Assembly (NCBI GenBank): GCA_000002435.2
Contig: CM018793.1
Source of the DNA: Giardia intestinalis
Taxonomy: Eukaryota
Strand: one strand, 5' to 3'
DNA: 64,000 nucleotides
The notes beneath the pieces are model-generated. The model was not told where the DNA came from, did no database searches, and saw nothing but the letters and a program-made list of their open reading frames with translations. Numbering within the stretch: position 1 is the stretch's first letter; each line of letters begins with the position of its first letter. Below, piece by piece: positions 59,679 through 64,000 of this stretch. The position numbers were made by a program, and so were the translations under genes.

Positions 59679-62600
59679 CTACTCTGCCAAAAAAGCTAAC
59701 ATATAGGCCTCGTCTTCCCTATTTCTTGCTTGTTTCTCCGCTGATCGGAAGGTCATTTTGGCAAGTATGCGTAGCGCAGATTGGAAGCGGAATCCGTGAT
59801 TGGGTAGCTTGCATGTGTGCAGAAAGAATCGAAACAAGGATACAAAGAATAGGAACAGATTGCTCTCTTCCCACTGTAACGTTGTGTAGAAAATGCCCGT
59901 TGCTTGCTTGCGAAGAGAGTCTAAGTCTGTGGGCATACCTGCAGCTATAACAGAGTCTATTATGTAGTAACTATATTCAGGGAATATCCCGTTTGGCAGG
60001 CCAAATGCACAGTCCACTAACAGCTCTGCGACAGAGGCAGGATGTATGTACAGAGGGATGCGAGCCCAGTCACCCTTTGTGAGATGAATGTATAACTTAT
60101 TACTATCTTCAGCTGGCCCCAAAGAGACGAACAGGCTCCTTGTGCAATAGTATCTAAAGGACTGAAGCTCAGTTTTCAGTTTCTCTAGTAGTGGGTCTAA
60201 TACGCTTACCTCGCCTGACTGTGACATGTGTGCCCTTAAGCTCTCGATGCCAGTGATACAGAGGTGATAGAATAATAAGTAAAGCTTTTCTTTTTCTCTT
60301 TCATTGTCTATTGCAGAAAACTTCCGTGCTTGTGGTACAGGATCTGCTAAGCGATGTTGCTCAAGAAAAGAGCTAAGGGATTGGGTGGTAGGCCCAGTGT
60401 GTATGTGCGGGAAAACTGTCGCTATAAATCGAAGTGGAGTAGACGGGAGCTCCATATTGGTATCTTTGGCTTTCAAGGTGTCATACAGACCCAGCAAAAT
60501 GTCGTCTAACTGCTTAGTTTTAAAGGTGCAGTTCGAGGCCTGGAACGCTTGCACGGCACTGACATCCTGATTAGATGGAGATCCACTGGATAAAAATTCC
60601 TCAAAGTAATTAGCGATATTGATAAAATAACCAGGTACTAGAGCACTGCTTTTTTTAACGAGATCATGTAGAGGCTTAGAGAAAAGCGATTCTTTCAGTC
60701 CAAGGTATTCGATTTTGCAATTAATGGTTTCTGTAGCAATGACGTTGTTCCGTGATAATGTAGTTGCCCTTCCAGAGACAAAGCAGAGGCTAATCGTGAA
60801 CGATTGGAGGGATATCTTCTCGTCGATTATTTGCCTGAGAATAAAAGCTCGCTGACTTTCAAAGCTCTCGAGAGACAAGGTATCAGGTTTTTCAACGGTC
60901 TGCATCAAGTGGCGGATGTACGACGCCTGGACATTCGGTGGAGTATCCAAAAAGTAACGGAATCGGTGTAGCAACACAATCTCCCCTTGAGTCATGGCCT
61001 TGAGGGTAAAGCATGCCGGCCTCATATATATCCACGGTGGGGTAGTGATGGGGTCTAGCACAATATTCAATGAGGAAATGGGATGGTCATTTCGCAAAGG
61101 AAGAGGATGGGCTGTTTCCATTCCATATGAAACTCTTCCAAAGTCTAGTGTAGACTCAAGCAACGTGTAGCGTGGCTGCAGCTCCGTAGTAAAGATGGGG
61201 AGTCTACCAAGGATCTTAGCTTGTTCTGCCTTGAGTTTAGCGTCATCTAGAACTCGAACATTGATCGTGCTGAGGAGACAGACCGGATGATGATCACTGA
61301 ACTCAACTGCAGAAACAGACATGTACCCAATCGGATTGATGAGAGTGTCCTGAGAGAGCCCTCGGAATAAGATTCTGTCACAATATGCAGGAACCCTAGG
61401 TTTGCTTGCCTCAGGGTCAACTTCATAGTTTGGAATAGCGGTAGTATTACTGTTAGAAGGATGGCTTAACTGAGAACTTAGTGATGGAGCAGAGGAAACA
61501 GTGTCTACACATGCCTGGGGGTCCGGGGTAGTTCTTTCAGTAGCAGGCTCCGTAGAAACTACATTGAGGACATCAAAAAGATTGAGGGAACCACCAGGAA
61601 TGAGTTGCATGGGCTGACACGGAGCAGCTGGCGGCTGCTCCTGTTTTGGACCTTGCTTAGACTGAGCCAACTTCTTGGGCTTGCTTTTCCCCTTTCCTTT
61701 TTCCCCTATAAGTATTTTGTATGTAGGATTAAAGGAGATATCCATTTCTTTGAACCCATAAAGGTAGTTACATGGATCAAATGGATAGCTAAGATATTCT
61801 TCATAATAATTTGTATTTCCGGCCAGTGTTGGAGGGGTTACCTCAACATCATCGTCATCTGATTCTATGTCGGCGCCACTTACGGCCAAAGCGGCAACAG
61901 CAGCCGTTGCAGCGACATTCTGAACAAAAAACGTTGCGTCATCCTCTGCATCGACGTCGTCACCTACCCTCATGTTTTCATTAGCATACGTTGGAGTGTA
62001 CGAGCTACTGCTAAGCGCCCGTAACTGCATTGAGAGCTGATCAATTCGCAAAAATGTCCGTCGACCAACTTCACTGTCGGCCAAGAAGTGCTCTAGGATA
62101 AGGTGTGGCTTTGTTGAGAAGGTGTGCAAGCGATAGTTCAAGTCTCCTAAGAGGAATATCACGTCATGGCCCCTTAGAAGAGACGGAAACTTGGGGGTAA
62201 GGTTAGAATCGAAGTTACAATTGGCGAGACAATTAGTAAAGTTATAGTTTGGATTGACAATGGGATGATTTAGTTCATCCTCAATAATGTAGTCATCCAA
62301 GATTTCTACTCCGGGCTTGCTGTCTCGATGGTACAGTTCGAAAATAGTAGGCCCCCTCGGATCCTTGGGGGAGGTCGACATGCTAAGACGTGAAAGCACT
62401 TCGTAAATATCTCTGTTTCGTTTCTTAGGTCCATCAGGGGTTCTATTGGCTGACAGGTGAAGATTGCAGAAAAGAATTCTAGTGTCATAGAGCCTTATAG
62501 TTGCGGCAAGCCCACCTTTATTTCCACCTCGGTTCCACAAGCCCACACCGCATGCCTTAAATCCTTCCACGACGGCGCTTGCCGGTGGGCAGGTGATGCT

Positions 62601-63002
62601 TTTGTGCAGACCAATGACAAGTAAGAGGCCCATCATTTGTTTGTAGGACAATACATACTGGTCTCCAAGTACTGAAGCCACAGCATCAACCCAGGGCTGT
62701 GCACGACTGGTCTCGCCGACCATAAGGGCCTTTGCGGACATGTCGACTTCCTGAAAACCGATTGCATACACAAGAGGGCACGATGGCGCTGGAGCATCAG
62801 GAACTTGGTGCCTTGAAAAGTAGTGAAGCCATGGGCGCAGAAAAGACGAGTCCCCCGGAAACTTCCTGTTACCAACGTTAAAAGTCCCCGCAAATACCGG
62901 AAGTGGAAGATAGCTACTGAACTTTCCGAGCGAGAGCAGTAGCTGGCGGTTCACATAGGACGTCGGATCATAGAAGTGAGAGATATCAAACGACTCTCGC
63001 AT
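59679..63002 (-). CDS. Inositol polyphosphate 5-phosphatase (IPPc/EEP family) with large insertions and a long C-terminal extension
   Basis: Catalytic motifs FAGTFNVGN, GFQEVD, FCNLHLSAN, HDVIFLLGDLNYRL, FNPTYK and PAYCDRILF. ATG at 63002. Confidence 0.65.
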   Translation of the reverse strand: MRESFDISHFYDPTSYVNRQLLLSLGKFSSYLPLPVFAGTFNVGNRKFPGDSSFLRPWLHYFSRHQVPDAPAPSCPLVYAIGFQEVDMSAKALMVGETSRAQPWVDAVASVLGDQYVLSYKQMMGLLLVIGLHKSITCPPASAVVEGFKACGVGLWNRGGNKGGLAATIRLYDTRILFCNLHLSANRTPDGPKKRNRDIYEVLSRLSMSTSPKDPRGPTIFELYHRDSKPGVEILDDYIIEDELNHPIVNPNYNFTNCLANCNFDSNLTPKFPSLLRGHDVIFLLGDLNYRLHTFSTKPHLILEHFLADSEVGRRTFLRIDQLSMQLRALSSSSYTPTYANENMRVGDDVDAEDDATFFVQNVAATAAVAALAVSGADIESDDDDVEVTPPTLAGNTNYYEEYLSYPFDPCNYLYGFKEMDISFNPTYKILIGEKGKGKSKPKKLAQSKQGPKQEQPPAAPCQPMQLIPGGSLNLFDVLNVVSTEPATERTTPDPQACVDTVSSAPSLSSQLSHPSNSNTTAIPNYEVDPEASKPRVPAYCDRILFRGLSQDTLINPIGYMSVSAVEFSDHHPVCLLSTINVRVLDDAKLKAEQAKILGRLPIFTTELQPRYTLLESTLDFGRVSYGMETAHPLPLRNDHPISSLNIVLDPITTPPWIYMRPACFTLKAMTQGEIVLLHRFRYFLDTPPNVQASYIRHLMQTVEKPDTLSLESFESQRAFILRQIIDEKISLQSFTISLCFVSGRATTLSRNNVIATETINCKIEYLGLKESLFSKPLHDLVKKSSALVPGYFINIANYFEEFLSSGSPSNQDVSAVQAFQASNCTFKTKQLDDILLGLYDTLKAKDTNMELPSTPLRFIATVFPHIHTGPTTQSLSSFLEQHRLADPVPQARKFSAIDNEREKEKLYLLFYHLCITGIESLRAHMSQSGEVSVLDPLLEKLKTELQSFRYYCTRSLFVSLGPAEDSNKLYIHLTKGDWARIPLYIHPASVAELLVDCAFGLPNGIFPEYSYYIIDSVIAAGMPTDLDSLRKQATGIFYTTLQWEESNLFLFFVSLFRFFLHTCKLPNHGFRFQSALRILAKMTFRSAEKQARNREDEAYMLAFLAE

Positions 63003-63033
63003 CCCTTAATCTTTTATCTTGTTAAGCTCAAAA
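63003..63033. promoter_or_regulatory. 31-bp AT-rich divergent intergenic region serving two head-to-head genes
   Basis: CCCTTAATCTTTTATCTTGTTAAGCTCAAAA lies between the ATG at 63002 (minus) and the ATG at 63034 (plus). Confidence 0.4.
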
Positions 63034-64000
63034 ATGTTTGATCAATTGGCATTTGTCCACACTTCTGGGCTTGTTATTTGGCAGTCCACCAAGCAGCCAG
63101 ACACCTACCCGATTGATCACCTTATAACGCTGGTCTACGTTGAGAAGCGTGCTATTCCGTCTCCATATGTACTGGAGGGCTATGCCCTTCACTATCTCTA
63201 CATCAAGGAGCTCTCTATGTTTGCAATTGCAATTATTAAGCAAGGGCTAACTGTGTCTGGAGCAGAGGATATACTGCTTGCAATGACACACCTTTTCATC
63301 AAGGAGTATGAGGCCAGCATTCGTGTGCTTCCAGTAGAGTATGCAAAGGAGACGTATCAATCATTTGATGCCCAGTACGACGGAAATCTTAAGTCGCTTA
63401 TTTCAACTGGGAAAACTCTCCATGAACGGGGCTTGTCAGTACAACAGACTAACCAAGAATCTACAGCTAAAGACACCGCTCAATTGGATCCAGATAGTAT
63501 CGGAGACAAAGTGGTTGACTTATCTGCTGATGCTGCTTCTATTAATCTAGAAGACGTTAAAGCTAAGATTAAGCAAATGGCTTTTGAACGCCAGGAGAGT
63601 CTACGTGCCTCAAAGAGGCTGTCTGGCCTACCTGATAAGAAGAGTAATGAAACCACTCCTCAGGCTAAGAGGAACGATCGGCAAGTCGATGAATTCTTGC
63701 AGTACTCTAAAGTCGAAACTACAAAGTCTTCAGCCGCGAACATCATAGCAGAACCAGAGGTCTCGCAAGCTAGTAAGCCCTCTTCCATTTCTGATGCAAA
63801 GCACATCACGTTCACGCCTTCCAGAGAAGCCGTATTTGGATTGTTCAATAACAAAAAAGAACTGACAAGCAATGACGTCGAGAAGCTTCTTTCTTCATTG
63901 AGGCAAGCGCTTATTAATCAGAATGTTGCATCAGATGTTGCTGATGAGCTACTTAAGGGAGTGTCAGCCAGCCTAGAAGGAGAAAAGGTCGGGCTCTTTT
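63034..64000 (+). CDS. SRPRA: Signal recognition particle receptor alpha subunit (SRX plus N-domain), truncated at the window end
   Basis: Manual translation: MFDQLAFVHTSGLVIWQSTK... (SRX-like). Later DVEKLLSSLRQALINQNVASDVADELLKGVSASLEGEKVG matches the FtsY/SRalpha N-domain helix. It was not in the ORF track because it lacks a stop. Confidence 0.6.
   Translation, partial: MFDQLAFVHTSGLVIWQSTKQPDTYPIDHLITLVYVEKRAIPSPYVLEGYALHYLYIKELSMFAIAIIKQGLTVSGAEDILLAMTHLFIKEYEASIRVLPVEYAKETYQSFDAQYDGNLKSLISTGKTLHERGLSVQQTNQESTAKDTAQLDPDSIGDKVVDLSADAASINLEDVKAKIKQMAFERQESLRASKRLSGLPDKKSNETTPQAKRNDRQVDEFLQYSKVETTKSSAANIIAEPEVSQASKPSSISDAKHITFTPSREAVFGLFNNKKELTSNDVEKLLSSLRQALINQNVASDVADELLKGVSASLEGEKVGLF

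Noticed and set aside
63028-63872. Small ORFs 63028..63243(-), 63341..63550(+), 63660..63872(-)
   Set aside because: They are nested within, or antisense to, the long open SRP-receptor-alpha frame that starts at 63034 and runs off the window.
1-64000. Prokaryotic defence-island or operon interpretation (CRISPR-Cas, TA, RM, phage)
   Set aside because: The gene content (ribosomal L30e, SKP1, ORC4, ankyrin/coiled-coil giants, VSPs, p24, SRalpha), the polyA signals and the absence of Shine-Dalgarno/operon structure show a eukaryotic protist genome. No nuclease, methyltransferase, transposase, integrase or reverse-transcriptase motif was seen.

Overview
This window is eukaryotic, not prokaryotic. 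The best fit is Giardia intestinalis nuclear DNA: compact, intron-poor genes with intergenic gaps of only 0-90 bp.

Evidence read from the sequence:
- A 1921-aa cysteine-rich surface protein has a signal peptide, many CXXC motifs, a C-terminal TM helix and the diagnostic ...GFLCWWFLCRGKA* tail. Its stop codon is followed immediately by CTTAGGTAGTGAAT, the VSP-type extended polyadenylation signal.
- AGTRAAY polyadenylation motifs lie 4-25 nt after several other stops (3344-3350, 52530-52536, 55466-55472, 58598-58604).
- Short AT-rich initiator regions sit directly upstream of most ATGs.
- Seven paralogous 'protein 21.1'-type ankyrin-repeat/coiled-coil genes are present.

The ORF track uses TTG/GTG/CTG as 'M', so I re-anchored many starts to the first plausible ATG.

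Contents (about 33 protein genes):
- A head-to-tail VSP array on the minus strand. It holds one giant intact VSP with ~21 perfectly identical 225-bp repeats, a 5'-truncated VSP paralog with a degenerate tail, and a decayed Cys-rich remnant.
- A 34-kb cluster of ankyrin/coiled-coil genes. One 3304-aa member carries ~9.6 perfectly identical 768-bp repeats.
- Recognisable housekeeping genes: RPL30, ORC4-like AAA+ ATPase, SKP1, a Ras-superfamily GTPase with a CaaX box, an OYE-family flavin oxidoreductase, a p24/emp24 cargo receptor, an inositol polyphosphate 5-phosphatase, and the SRP receptor alpha N-terminus (truncated at the window end).
- Several hypothetical proteins.

No CRISPR array, rRNA, tRNA, transposase or reverse transcriptase could be supported. 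The two giant tandem arrays and the VSP tandem are the most unusual structures. No prokaryote-style defence system is present.
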